A stretch of DNA of 64,000 nucleotides from Dimorphilus gyrociliatus (GCA_904063045.1 CAJFCJ010000075.1:17611-81610); one strand, 5' to 3'. Positions 38,721-51,753 are shown, counted from the stretch's first letter. A program made the numbers and translations. The notes: generated from the letters alone by a model not told the origin.

Positions 38721-38925
38721 ATTAATTGCTTAGAAAGAAGCAAAGTTAACCGCATTTTATAAGAAATTATGTGCAGGGCCACGCACAATATTATTATATA
38801 AATAGCAAAATGAACGCAGGCATTTGCACAAAAAGAAATCCTTACAATGAATGTAATGAATTTAATAACAATTACAAAACTACATAAACAGAATATTTAT
38901 ATGCTAACGTTCTGTTCACATTACA

Positions 38926-39232
38926 TGTTATGAGTAAATGTGAGTCAGTATGTGAGCGTCAGTATGTGAGCGTCACTTAAGAAGGGAGTTTGACTTAGCC
39001 CAGAGCTGGGACAGTCCAACTTGATGTTATGTCACGAGGTAAATAACGACGTGGCATGAACGTGGCAATGCAGATGAGCACAGTCAAACACCCAATTAAG
39101 TGACACTAACAAAGTATAAAGGGAGTGAATGTAATAGAACAGTGTGAGAGACCAAAAGAATATCAAATACATTTATACGAAATTCTTAGGAATTTCGTGC
39201 TATAAGCGAAAAACAAAATCTTATAAACTACA
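38926..39232 (+). mobile_element. Solo-LTR-like repeat A (mirror at 42713-43021)
   Basis: Starts TGTTA and ends CTACA, with a TATA-like gtataaa and a poly(A)-like signal near the 3' end. Diverged homologue of repeat B. No TSD found. Confidence 0.45.
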
Positions 39233-39563
39233 TTTGTCTTACTTATCTACCTATGAACATTAATTTAGCAGCCAGCTAAAGAGTACTAAAAGGTCAAACT
39301 TGACTATTGTTGACTTTTGGACTGCAGTTCTATCTTCTCACATTCAATGGTTGAATTGAATGTTACTGAAATTGTTACATCTTATGAAATATATCTGACC
39401 AAATACCCAGGATGAATGGAACCAGTGCTTGGTGTATTATTAAATGAGCAGTGCAGACGACTACGGTTGGGACGAGAACGAAATTCTTACGATCAAGATA
39501 CAACAAAGTACAATTTTGTAACCCGTCTTTTTTTCCTTTACCTACAAAAGCTACTGAACAGAA

Positions 39564-39852
39564 TGTTATACTCTGTGCTTGATAGTGTGAGCCAGTGAAT
39601 GTATGTCAATATGTACGCGTCACTTAAAGGGAGAGCTTGACTTAGCCGAAGCTAGGACAGTAGATAGAGAACAATGTGGCACAAACGTGGCACCACGAAT
39701 GATCACTGTCAAGGACCCAGTTAGGTGACGCTAGCAAAGGTATAAAAGAGAGTGAATGTATCCAAAACGGTGTGAGAAAGCTGAGAAATAATTTTAGACG
39801 GAATTGTCCGCAATTCCGTACTATAAGCGAAAAATAAATCTTATAAAGCTAC
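39564..39852 (+). mobile_element. Solo-LTR-like repeat B (mirror at 42091-42379)
   Basis: Shares blocks with repeat A (cgtcacttaa...gacttagcc...ggacag, cgtggca, gtataaa-gagtgaatgta, ctataagcgaaaaa-aaatcttataaa). Confidence 0.45.
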
Positions 39853-40189
39853 TTTAATATCACTTCCCTCTCCTTTTTTAACTAAGCTTAAAATCACTGT
39901 TAAAAATGTTATATTTAAAATTGGTGTTTTGTAAAAAAAAATATTTGTTTATCTTTTTTTCTTAGAGTTCCACTTACAATCAAAAATTTATCTCTTTTTT
40001 CAGATTTAATCATAAAGTATCAAGAAATTGAAAGATCACAAAGTATGTATAAAGAAAATAACTGGTCAAAAACTCATACCTATAGATAATATTGATAATA
40101 AAAATGATAAACTCTGTCATTTTGAGTATAAATATTCAAATAAAATATGCATCTCAATCAATAAAGAAGGTACTCTACTAAACTTCAAG

Positions 40190-40888
40190 ATGAGAAGTTT
40201 ACTATCATTTTTAATAAGTAATATTTGTTTTCTTTTTTTAACAAATTTAAAAAAAATTGTTTTTCATTTTTTGTTGTTTTTGTTTTTGCTTCCTTTTGCA
40301 GTATTTTTAATGGTCAATGTAACCATGGCGATTTTACTTGTCCAGTTGATTCAGCATTGAAACCAATTGATGGTGTTTATGGTGATCCGGAGAATGTGGA
40401 ATTATTATCATTGTATTAATGATACGGATATAGCCAACAATGTCCTCCACGACTTTTCTTTTCCATTAGTGTAAAGGATTGTAAATATTCAATGTGTGTT
40501 GAACCACATGATGCCTTTTGTCCTGGAGAAGTTTCAACAACATACAAAGCTAGACACTGCTCGAAAGTGTTCAACAAACACCAATGGTAAAAATATGTAT
40601 AAAGAGGCTTGTTATGTGGAGAATAGTGAGTGCGAAGGCAATCACAACGGAACATTTCCCAATATGAATGATTGTAGACAATACTATCATTGTCATAATG
40701 GAGTTGCTTGGCCTCAACAGTGTCCACCTGGCTATTTCTTTAGTCCATCATATAATATTCGAGATTGCGCAACAAGAATATGCGTAACTAGTGAAGAAGC
40801 AAATTGTCCAAAACCAGTAAATGAAAAAGTAAACCACTCTTTTTTATATTCCAACTGTGTAGATGCATTAATAATTTCATTGTCGTGA
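40190..40888 (+). pseudogene. Inverted, frameshifted copy of the chitin-binding gene (possibly an assembly artefact)
   Basis: Same sequence as 41115-41752 reversed, with at least four 1-nt deletions (tcaatg, gagaatgtgg, ggatatag, aacataca) and a different C-terminus read from the spacer. Confidence 0.75.
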
Positions 40889-41106
40889 TTTATTTTTTGC
40901 CATTGGGCTGTGGCCACTCCTGTGAGTATCGGGTTGTAGTCATGATACATAAATGCTGGATTCTTTTCCAAATGACCGAGATTTTGACATACTACACTTC
41001 GACTATCCTGGCATTCGGGTCTCCATTAGATGGTGGGGATTTGTACAATCTGGTACGTATTCTAAGGCCATCGCCGCAGTTTGGATCGCATCATCATTGA
41101 CATTCG
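40819..41106 (-). pseudogene. Degenerate thrombospondin type 1 repeat-like sequence downstream of the chitin-binding ORF
   Basis: Minus-strand frame CQ**CDPNCGDGLRIRTRLYKSPPSNGDPN resembles the TSP1 pattern C-x-x-x-CG-x-G-x-R-x-R-T-R-x-C-x-x-P-P-x-NG. Confidence 0.4.
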
Positions 41107-41752
41107 TCAGCCTCCTGGTTTTGGACAATTTGCTTCTTCACTAGTTACGCATATTCTTGTTGCGCAATCTCGAATATTATATGATGGACTAAAGAAATAG
41201 CCAGGTGGACACTGTTGAGGCCAAGCAACTCCATTATGACAATGATAGTATTGTCTACAATCATTCATATTGGGAAATGTTCCGTTGTGATTGCCTTCGC
41301 ACTCACTATTCTCCACATAACAAGCCTCTTTATACATATTTTTACCATTGGTGTTTGTTGAACACTTTCGAGCAGTGTCTAGGCTTTGTATTGTTGTTGA
41401 AACTTCTCCAGGACAAAAGGCATCATGTGGTTCAACACACATTGAATATTTACAATCCTTTACACTAATGGAAAAGAAAAGTCGTGGAGGACATTGTTGG
41501 CTATATGCCGTATCATTAATACAATGATAATAAATTCCACAATTCTCCGGATCACCATAAACACCATCAATTGGTTTCAATGCTGAATCAACTGGACAAG
41601 TAAAATCGCCATGGTTACATTGGACCATTAAAAATACTGCAAAAGGAAGCAAAAACAAAAAACAACAAAAAATGAAAAACAATTTTTTTTTAAATTTGTT
41701 AAAAAAAAGAAAACAAATATTTACTTATTAAAAATGATAGTAAACTTCTCAT
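41107..41752 (-). CDS. Secreted protein with two chitin-binding type 2 (CBM14/peritrophin-A) domains, 185 aa
   Basis: Exon 41725-41752 plus exon 41107-41636 give MRSLLSFLIIFLMVQC..., then C...GVYGDPENCGIYYHCIN...QQCPPRLFF...C and C...GTFPNMNDCRQYYHCHNG...QQCPPGYFF...C. Confidence 0.88.
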
Positions 41753-44700
41753 CTTGAAGTTTAGTAGAGTACCTTCTTTATTGATTGAGATGCATATTTT
41801 ATTTGAATATTTATACTCAAAATGACAGAGTTTATCATTTTATTATCAATATTATCTATAGGTATGAGTTTTTGACCAGTTTATTTTCTTTATACATACT
41901 TTGTGATCTTTCAATTTCTTGATACTTTATGATTAAATCTGAAAAAAGAGATAAATTTTTGATTGTAAGTGGAACTCTAAGAAAAAAAGATAAACAAATA
42001 TTTTTTTTTTACAAAACACCAATTTTAAATATAACATTTTTAACAGTGATTTTAAGCTTAGTTAAAAAAGGAGAGGGAAGTGATATTAAAGTAGCTTTAT
42101 AAGATTTATTTTTCGCTTATAGTACGGAATTGCGGACAATTCCGTCTAAAATTATTTCTCAGCTTTCTCACACCGTTTTGGATACATTCACTCTCTTTTA
42201 TACCTTTGCTAGCGTCACCTAACTGGGTCCTTGACAGTGATCATTCGTGGTGCCACGTTTGTGCCACATTGTTCTCTATCTACTGTCCTAGCTTCGGCTA
42301 AGTCAAGCTCTCCCTTTAAGTGACGCGTACATATTGACATACATTCACTGGCTCACACTATCAAGCACAGAGTATAACATTCTGTTCAGTAGCTTTTGTA
42401 GGTAAAGGAAAAAAAGACGGGTTACAAAATTGTACTTTGTTGTATCTTGATCGTAAGAATTTCGTTCTCGTCCCAACCGTAGTCGTCTGCACTGCTCATT
42501 TAATAATACACCAAAGCACTGGTTCCATTCATCCTGGGTATTTGGGTCAGATATATTTCATAAGATGTAACAATTTCAGTAACATTCAATTCAACCATTG
42601 AATGTGAGAAGATAGAACTGCAGTCCAAAAGTCAACAATAGTCAAGTTTGACCTTTTAGTACTCTTTAGCTGGCTGCTAAATTAATGTTCATAGGTAGAT
42701 AAGTAAGACAAATGTAGTTTATAAGATTTTGTTTTTCGCTTATAGCACGAAATTCCTAAGAATTTCGTATAAATTGTATTTGATATTCTTTTGGTCTCTC
42801 ACACTGTTCTATTACATTCACTCCCTTTTATACTTTGTTAGTGTCACTTAATTGGGTGTTTGACTGTGCTCATCTGCATTGCCACGTTCATGCCACGTCG
42901 TTATTTACCTCGTGACATAACATCAAGTTGGACTGTCCCAGCTCTGGGCTAAGTCAAACTCCCTTCTTAAGTGACGCTCACATACTGACGCTCACATACT
43001 GACTCACATTTACTCATAACATGTAATGTGAACAGAACGTTAGCATATAAATATTCTGTTTATGTAGTTTTGTAATTGTTATTAAATTCATTACATTCAT
43101 TTGTAAGGATTTCTTTTTGTGCAAATGCCTGCGTTCATTTTGCTATTTATATAATAATATTGTGCGTGGCCCTGCACATAATTTCTTATAAAATGCGGTT
43201 AACTTTGCTTCTTTCTAAGCAATTAATGATCACATAGGATGAAGACAAATACAATATAAGAATAGATTTATTAAACCATCCTTCTAGATCATTGTTGATT
43301 CTGATTGCCTCATCATGTATTGACTAGTTTTGTGATAGAAAATATCTATAAAACCACTAGTTATTGATGTAAATCCATTAAAACTCTGAATGTATAGAAG
43401 CTGTCTGAACATTATTATTGAAAGAAGTTTTAATAATGTTGGATGGCAGAAATGATAATGTCATTATATTTTGCATGGTGTTATAGCTGCCACCTATTCC
43501 CTTTTATTCACAAAAGCAGCTCAGTTCCTGTATTTAAAAATTTTCATTTTGATTGACTCTAACAAGACACCTTTGACTCTTATTTCTTCTGTCGCATATC
43601 AACACAGTTCTCTTTTTGATTTTAAATGAAATACTAAAAGAAAAGCCATTATGAACTAATTAATTCCCGCCTTACTGGCTTCTATTTTTTATAATTTCAA
43701 ATTTAGAGGAACAATTGTTTTCAACAGGTTATTATTCATTTTAATAGTGAGCGTTTTCATTAGTATTCCTATCCTAGTCAAACCATAAAAACATTAAAAC
43801 CAAAAAATTTATTAAAATTACAAAAAAAATTAAGAAAAAACTTTATCTTTATGACACAGAAATTCACTCAGATAGATAGATTTAAAGGTTCAAATATATT
43901 AAATATCAGTGACGAAAAAGAAAGGATATCATTTTTTTCAAAAGTATCTCTTACCAGTTTATAGTTAATCTTTGAATTTTCATAAACCTGATGAAAATTT
44001 AAGAAAAAGGGAAAAATTTTTTTAAAAAAGACATATTTTACATACGAAAAGATAAACATTGTTAATATTGAAATTTCCATTGAAGCATATTTCGTTTTTA
44101 TGCATAAACTGTAGACAATTTAAAATATCTTTGATAATTCTCAATTTCCTCTTTATTGACATATTTAAATAATTATCTTTAGTTGGAGAAAAACTTTCTA
44201 AATTATCATTGCAAAAGCAAACTATATTAAAATATTTTCTCTTTTCTATAAAGTTGATTGCTGCAAAAGAAATATTTTGACCTTGAACTTTGATATAAAA
44301 TATTTAAGTTAAAAGTATCTAACTATTTTTATAAAGTTGTGATTTTTCTTTGAAAAAACAAAAAATAAATCTTGATAAACAACACAATTTGAAATTATTA
44401 CTGAGTAGTATTTTTAAACTTTTCAAAGGTTTAAAGTTCTAAATATGGTCATGTTTTTATTGTTTTCCTCTTCTAAATAATAGTTGAATTTCGAAGGTTG
44501 GAGAGTTGCATAAGATGTAACAATTTTAGTAGGACAAGTCCAACAATCAAGAAAACATGTAGATTGTATATTTTTTATATTCTACCTTAATAATGATATT
44601 CAATTGATTGAGTTAGTAAATTTAGCATCAGCATATAAGGAGGAAGTATATCTGATTAATGCATGTTAAAAAGAACAGTATTGTGTATACAATACTGTTG

Positions 44701-44808
44701 AATAGTGAATATAATCTAAACTTAGAATTTAAGCATAATTGATATTTAATTGAACTAGTTTTAGTTCGAAATCATAAATTTATGGATTAATAAATTGTAA
44801 TATTAATG

Positions 44809-45960
44809 CTAGGTTGCAAATAGCAAATATTCTTTATATAATTCAATAGGTTTTATTGCTGCATAATGTGTATGCACTGCCCTATGCGAAACTAGGTCAC
44901 TACTGCTTATCTTTATCAGTGCTATATGCATAGTACAATACTGGTTCAATACTACTTCTCTATTGTAGAATATAGCTGACGAATGTATGTGTACATTCAT
45001 TTTTTTATAATGAATTTTTGAACAGTAACAATTAAAAAATTGTGATGATTCACCAATAATTATTTGAGCTGAGATAAAAAAAAAGATTATTTTATATTTG
45101 TTACTTATAAAAGGAAAGAAAAAAGTCAACTTTGTGAATTGAAGATATCTGAAATTTTCTGTCTATTTATGTTGTTACTTGAGAGAGAGAAAGAGACATA
45201 TAATATTAATAACTTAAAAAAATAATTTTCTTTCTATATTGTATGTCTTTTTCTCATATTCTTTAAAATGAGTTGTTGTATTTCACTAATACAATAAATA
45301 AATGGATTTAGAAATGAATTAACTGGTACTAAAAATGCAACAATCCAGATACAAGTATTATTGTTTATGTTAATATCACTGAATGTTGAAATTATGCCTG
45401 TGTAGTAGGGAAAAAGGTCGTTTACAACAGTCATTATTAAAAAAATTAATTTTTGTTCTCTATACCAAGTGTTGAAATTGGAAACCAACAACAGAAATGC
45501 TCTTATTGTTACTCTAGCCAGTCTTTCTCTATAACTCTTATTATTTAGAAGAGAGTTTGAAATTCTTACATTCTTTAAGATAAAAAAATAAATAATTCCA
45601 TTAAAAATGAAACAGCAAAGAAGAATTATTCCATATATTATAAAGGAGTATAGCCAAACTTCTAATATGCAAAGAATAGCAAATAGATGATCCAGAAAAA
45701 TATTTCTAATAAGTCAAAAAAAACTTCAATTAAAATAGAATTTTTCTTTTGAATTTTAGCTTTTTTTTGTCTTTTTGTACTGGAAATAGAAAATCTGGAA
45801 TGACTGCAACAATCATAGATATTGCTAAAAGGATTAGTACAGTGAACAGTTTTGTCTTTTTATTCATAAATGTATCAAAAGGTTTTGTAATTACAAAATG
45901 TCTTTCAATACCAATTGCTAAAATATGAATGTTACTTTTGTTTTTGTGAACATTGAAATT
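44809..45960 (-). pseudogene. 3' fragment (TM3-TM7 and tail) of an LGR/GRL101-like GPCR
   Basis: ILAIGIERHFVITKPF (TM3), KYFSGSSICYSLHI (ECL2), CIWIVAFLVPVNSFLNPFIY (TM7), and a downstream exon-like ORF 44809-45129. Frameshifted; the 5' part is missing. Confidence 0.68.
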
Positions 45961-46211
45961 TGTGAACTATCAACCCTTAAAAGAGTATATAAACCCTACG
46001 AAATTAACAGTTGATAGTTCAGTTTTCTAACCGTCAGCTAGTTGTTTAAACTAGCTTGTTTAGAACTAGAAGCTCATTTTACTCAATACATATTCTTTGG
46101 ACGAAATACTGGTGTTTTGTTAATTAATTTCTACCGAAATTGCCTTTGTTAGACTATTTGTGGACGAACTTTAAAGGTTCTATTTGGACCAGTACTTTGG
46201 CAAGTTGGTAA

Positions 46212-46430
46212 ATGATTGGAAAGGACGATTACAGTTGTGACGAACCAGAAATTCCTACAATTACAATACAACAAAGTACAATGAAGATTGATAAAAATTT
46301 ATTTTATAACTTTCAATATCTCAAATGTATTTTAGAAATTTCAAATGCAATATACTTTTGCCATAAAAATCAGTTTGCTTTGGTAAATAAAATCAATGAA
46401 AATATTATTCTTGTTAAAGTTAGACATTTT
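46212..46430 (+). pseudogene. Orphan exon resembling the C-terminal tail of the GRL101-like gene (kinase-like helix/strand pattern)
   Basis: EIPTITIQ...LKCILEISNAIYFCHKNQFALVNKINENIILVK|gttag aligns by eye with KIPVMAFR...LKLSKSVISSLQFMARKSFSLDEKLDINQIWFD|gtatg at 59155-59382. Confidence 0.35.
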
Positions 46431-46874
46431 TTTTCTTGTTCTTTTTGACAACTGTTGAAAATGATCGTTTTTGGAGGTATTTTAGGTTAAAAATACTTTA
46501 AGAGGAAGGAACAATGAAAGATATTGTCACAAAGTTTTGTAAAAAATCCAACCATTCTGTTCATTTTCAATAATATCCAATTATATATATTATATATTAT
46601 ATATATACTTGACTGTCATTAGGAAAATATGACAACAACATCTAAATATTGCCTGGCCACTAAATCATTTATTTACCGAAACTGTATACAAGAAAGAGAA
46701 AATATCTATGATTTTGGAATGTTTGTTCGGCACATTTTACAAAGAAAATCAACTTTTTAAAAACACTTATTTAAATATTTTGTTTTTTGAATAATATTAA
46801 AATATGTCATCTGTTTTGTCTTCAAAATCCAATAATAGTTTTTCATAAGTCTATTTGAACATTTTCTTTCTAGA

Positions 46875-48623
46875 TACATCACATGTTCTATTTAAAAAGA
46901 TTCAAAACGATCTACATGAATATTGTCTTTAATATTTCGTTCAATTATTAACTCATTGTTAGACCTGTAGGCTTAAGACAGACAAACAATTTTTTCAAAA
47001 CACGCAAAAATTCATTTCCGAACCAATGTTTTGTTACTATTAAACTAACGACAAAGAATAAAAAGTTGGTATTGTGCGATGTAACTATTACTGGCTCTCT
47101 AATTAAAAGTGATAGAGGTGAAGGTCAATGTATTATTCATGTAAAATGTATTCAATACAATAAATTTTGCCTAAAGGATTTCATAAATTGGATATTAATA
47201 GCTTAACAACGAGAAATGGAGGAAATGGACTTGGCAATTCAATAGAAGATGGCTATGACAATAATTTCAAAACACAATTTCATTCCAGGTCTACAGATAT
47301 TGGTGAATTTTTAAATCCATACTTTCTAATCGATGCAAAAGATTCAAAGATATTTCACAGAATTCTCTTTGTCTTAGTTCCAGATGAAAGTTAGTAGATT
47401 ACCAATTTTCATTAATCTATTTTTCTAATGATGCAATTTTTTCATTTTTCAGCTACAACTCAAAGATTCAAAAATATTTATATTGCTGCAAATAATTGGC
47501 CAGAAACGAGTTATTTAGCACATCGAAAATATTGCATTAAAAATGTTTTATCGCATTCTCGAACGAATTTTGAATTTGTCAATATTGCTTGTAATCCTAC
47601 AATTGCTGGCAGATATTTACTTATCATTCGCCGCAGTTCATCAAGTGCTACACAGTTGTTGCAGTTTAAAGAAATATACATTTATGCTACTGCAATTGAT
47701 CAACACGAAATACAAGGTATAGAGGCACACAAAAATGAAAAGCCTTTTTTAAAGAATCAATTTTTTTCTTTCATTAATTTTGACATAGAATTTGGACAGA
47801 ATTTTAAATCGTCTATTACTGAGATGCGAAACAACAATAATGAAATGGCTGGCAGTGATTTAAACTTGATACGAGATGGCGTCTACTATCTTTCAGACAC
47901 ATCTGGATTAGTAACATTTCAATTTAATAATGTGCTTAGATTGTTTACTAAACTTCTTTATCTGAATCAAATTTGCGTGACAGGTTTTTAATCAATTTTA
48001 AAAGAAAATAATTTTCTAAATATCTTATTTCTTTCAGTATTTCACAGCAGTTCAGCAAGTCAAAACCATCAAATAAAACTTTACAACTATCCAGACAACG
48101 ACTACTTACTTAAATTTATATCCAAATATGTTATAAAATCTCACACAGTCTGTGTAGATTATGAGTTTCAATTAACGAATATAATAGATTTTGTAAGTAA
48201 AGGTGAAATAGGAATAAGCGAAATTGATCTTATGGCAGTTTCAAAAATAACTCACAAAAGTATATTGATTTATTTACAACAATTTTTCTAAACACTTGTC
48301 TAAAATTATTTCTATTTGCAGTTGCGCCTCGTTGTTTAAAAAAATTTGAAAAATTAACATATTCAATACCAGATAGCACTTCAAATTCGAATTCATTCTT
48401 ATACGTTATCATTGAAGGTTTAGATAATAAAGAAAAGCTTTCAGTCTATTCATCAAAAAATGGAGAAGATGTTAATATTGGCTTTTGTACTGCAATGGAA
48501 ATTTATGATACCGAATGGAATTTAAAAAATCACTTTCTTTATAAATGCAAAAAATCTGATTCAAAAGTTTATATATCTTATGATATAGTGGACAAGATGA
48601 TTACAGCTGTACACATATTTTGA
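46875..48623 (+). CDS. Multi-exon protein with F-type lectin/galactose-binding-like domain(s); 5' end unresolved
   Basis: Exons from ORFs 47167-47394 and 47428-47991 give IEDGYDNNFKTQFHSRS...NPYFLIDA...RFKNIYI...CIKN...IACNPTIAGRYLLIIRR...FKEIYIY. Further AG/GT-bounded exons run to a TGA at 48621-48623; the first exon is frameshifted. Confidence 0.55.
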
Positions 48624-49614
48624 ATCAGCTATAAGAAAAGCTAGAAACATACAATTTTCATGTTGTAGTCTCTAAGGGCATTCTTGTTCTTGTTAAACAC
48701 TTATTTATAATCTATGTTCTTTTGTTCTACAATACCCGTCTTCACCAGCACAAAATATAACAAACATTTTCAGCTTTTGGAATTGAAGGAGTGAAAGAAA
48801 TGACACACACAATTTCCAAATACTTCTGAATATCTGAAAATGTTCATTGTAGTATGTCAATTATCCATTTGCTAATTAGCATTTAATCAAGGTAATACAA
48901 TAGTACAATATGAGATTGTTATTCATTTTTTAAGAACAATCTAATCTCCATTGAAGAAATAGGGAAAAAGAGCAATCATTATCAATGAATAAACATAAAT
49001 TAATTAAATTTCTGTTAACAATAACTGCGTAATTATTCACTCTGTTCAAAATATGAGAGTAATGCTTAAAGCTCAAAGCTCGCCAATTAACACCAACATA
49101 CATTTGCGTTTGCATTAAATATAAATTTTTAGTTATGAATTTTCCGTACTCTCCTATAAAATATGATTTATGCGTAGTTAATATCAAGTACTCATTGAAT
49201 ATGAGGTTCATAAGAGAAAATTGTTTTTTCTTTGTCTCTTTTTCTCAATTTTGGTTTTTTTATTAGATAAAAACAGAATAATTTTGCTGTAGCAATAGAA
49301 AAATTTGATAATTTTAATACAGAAAATCATCAAAAGAATATTGCAAAAAACAACATAAATATAAAAAAAAATGACTTCATTCATCTCTTTTTTGTACTCT
49401 TGTTGTGTTGTAGTTGTATGAATTTTGGGCTTGACACATCTCAATCAACATTTTCTGAATGTACTTACACAAATAACATCCTTAAAAGTCCTACACAAAT
49501 AGTTTCAATAGATGAATTATTAAAAAAAATTTATTGATAAAAACACCAGCTTTTCAATGAAAAATATTTATTTTCAATTACATTTCATCAGTATTAATAT
49601 CTGTTTTATATTTC

Positions 49615-49760
49615 AGAATATCCGAAACCTGACTGGCATGTCACAGCCTGAGAAGACAACAATTAACTTTGAGATGGGTCTGTGGAGAGATATGTACAAC
49701 AAATTTATGGATGTGTATTTTATCTTATCCAGTCAATATATTGGAAACTACTACTAACTA
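49615..49760 (+). mobile_element. MULE transposase catalytic-domain remnant
   Basis: PEKTTINFEMGLWR followed by IYGCVFYLIQSI matches the MULE pattern P-x-x-I-x-x-DFE...GC-x-FH-x-x-Q. Confidence 0.55.
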
Positions 49761-51156
49761 ATTTTTAATTAACCTTTGAAGCTTTTCTTTACAATTAATG
49801 ATCCTACAAGTCTCTTGGCTGCTCTGGAAAATATATGGAGAAAGGACAGGACTGGAGACATGAGAAAGCTAATAGCTTTACCTTTTTTTACACATAGCAG
49901 ATGGAGCCACTAAACAATTTGAAAAGAAAGAAAGAACGTTTACAGAAAGCATGTCATACATAATATCAGACATTTAGAATTGCTTTTGTTATATCATCGC
50001 AGCCTTAAAATTTGGATTTTTTAGAATTTGAGGTGTATATCTTTCTTTAATATTTAAATATTTTAATGCTAAATTCGATTTCAATAATCTTGAAATAATG
50101 TTTATGACAAGGGGTCAGGGTCATAAAGCATAAAATATATTTGACCATCAATAGCATTAGGATTATTAGCATTTTTGCAGTGACGTCATAACGATTACTG
50201 AGGAAACTATAGCAGAGATATTATTCTTTAAATTCAATTTTGTTTCAAGTCTATTCAACTTTGCCAATATATCCATCATTTTCATGCACATAGCTTCCAT
50301 TGATTTGTTTATAATATTACCTAATTATTCGAAAATCTGCATAGATATTATAAACTCTAAAATTAAGTTTATACGTAAAACTTTCTCCTTTTAAGTAGGT
50401 TTTTTAACGTTGCAGCAACGTTTGATCTGTCCCATTTAAAAACTGTGAAATATTGTCAATTTTTCCAGATAGTTTATCATCAATTTGAAGCACTAACGAG
50501 ACAAAATTTCGTTTGGAATTTTTCTTGAATATATGCAAATGTGGTAGTTTTTTCCAATGTTCTCATTTTAAAGATGCAATTTTTCCATCTTCCATTCTAC
50601 TTTCACTAAATTTCCTTCAGTTAATGAAATCTCTGAAAAAAATTTGGAAATAAAATTCAGATGGCAATTAAATAAAGTAACAAAAATTTAATAAATGGAT
50701 AAACAAACACAAAACAGAAATAATAGAAATTCTTTCATATTTAATAAAAAAAATTCTCAGGGTCCACATGATTACATAACTACGAGATGTAATGTCATGC
50801 TACACGGCACGAGACTTAACTCTTAGCACATATTATGTAATCAAATATTATAAAATAATTTAATAAATTCAGGAAATTGTGTTTAAATAATGGATAAAAA
50901 CAGTTAAAAGATGTCATTTACACATTGAGGTTAGAAATTATTGAGAATAATTGCAGTATATTGCTGTTGATAAGAGGAAATGCTGATTACAAATGTAAAA
51001 AGTAAAGATCTAACAAAAAATTAATAATAATAAAATTACTTATTATTACGCCTGCATTTGAACACATGGGAAATTGTTCAAATTTGAAGGTCTAAGTTGA
51101 ATGAATGAATTATCGACAATAAAAGATCTTTAATATTCAATTATATATATATACAG

Positions 51157-51398
51157 TGTAGTCGATGAATGAGTAGCGAGTGTAGGTTAAAGCTATTTCC
51201 ACTGACTTTACGCATTAAAGATTTAAGGTATATACTAGTAAATATAACAGTAATAATAAGTAATAACGTGTCGAAATAACAAAGGGTAATGAAATACGGT
51301 TAGGTTTTAAAATATATATATAACGTAAAGTAATTATAAAATAACGTAAAGGGAATTTGGCTCGCTGCCAAATTTAGGCGATGTACCCATCGACTACA
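51157..51398. mobile_element. 242-bp MITE with 11-bp TIRs and a 7-bp direct-repeat flank
   Basis: TIRs tgtagtcgatg / catcgactaca, flanked on both sides by tatacag. Confidence 0.75.
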
Positions 51399-51466
51399 TA
51401 TACAGTATATATACTTGACTGTCATTAGGAAAATATGGCAACAACATCTAAATATTGGGATGTGGT

Positions 51467-51664
51467 AGAAAACGGCCATAAATCTATGGTTTTACCCTAA
51501 CCCTAACCCAGCCCTTGTTTTTGCCTAACCTTTTTGAATACCCCTAACCCTTAGATGGGACCCTCCTAAGAACATATCAACAGTTATCTTATTCCTCCTA
51601 ACCATTTCCCAGGCTGAAATCTAACTTTCAAATATTTCATTTATGGCCGTTTTCGACCGGTCCC
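51467..51664. mobile_element. 198-bp MITE with ~26-bp TIRs and an 8-bp TSD (hAT-like)
   Basis: gggatgtggtagaaaacggccataaat ... atttatggccgttttcgaccggtccc, flanked by TAAATATT on both sides. An empty-site copy of the host repeat is at about 46600-46688. Confidence 0.85.
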
Positions 51665-51753
51665 TAAATATTGTCTGTCTAAATAAATCATTTATTTACC
51701 GAAACGGTATTGTACTGCTCTTGCTTGGCAATTTTGAGTTGGGTTACTTGTTT

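Larger units (their letters stand above)
37183..44774. repeat. About 7.6-kb palindrome: left arm 37183-40817, 297-bp spacer 40818-41114, right arm 41115-44774
   Basis: 37183 tgatttcgaactaaaactag is the reverse complement of ...ctagttttagttcgaaatca 44774. Inner ends are gtccaaaaccag / ctggttttggac. In the segments I compared, the arms differ only by single-base deletions in the left arm. Confidence 0.95.

Noticed and set aside
48630-49500. Minus-strand ORF fragments 48930-49211 and 49208-49444
   Set aside because: Some exon-like signals, but no consistent spliced frame or recognisable domain.
49985-50400. Possible Kolobok/piggyBac-like non-autonomous element (TTAA near the ends, tgacgtca core)
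   Set aside because: No matching pair of terminal inverted repeats could be identified.
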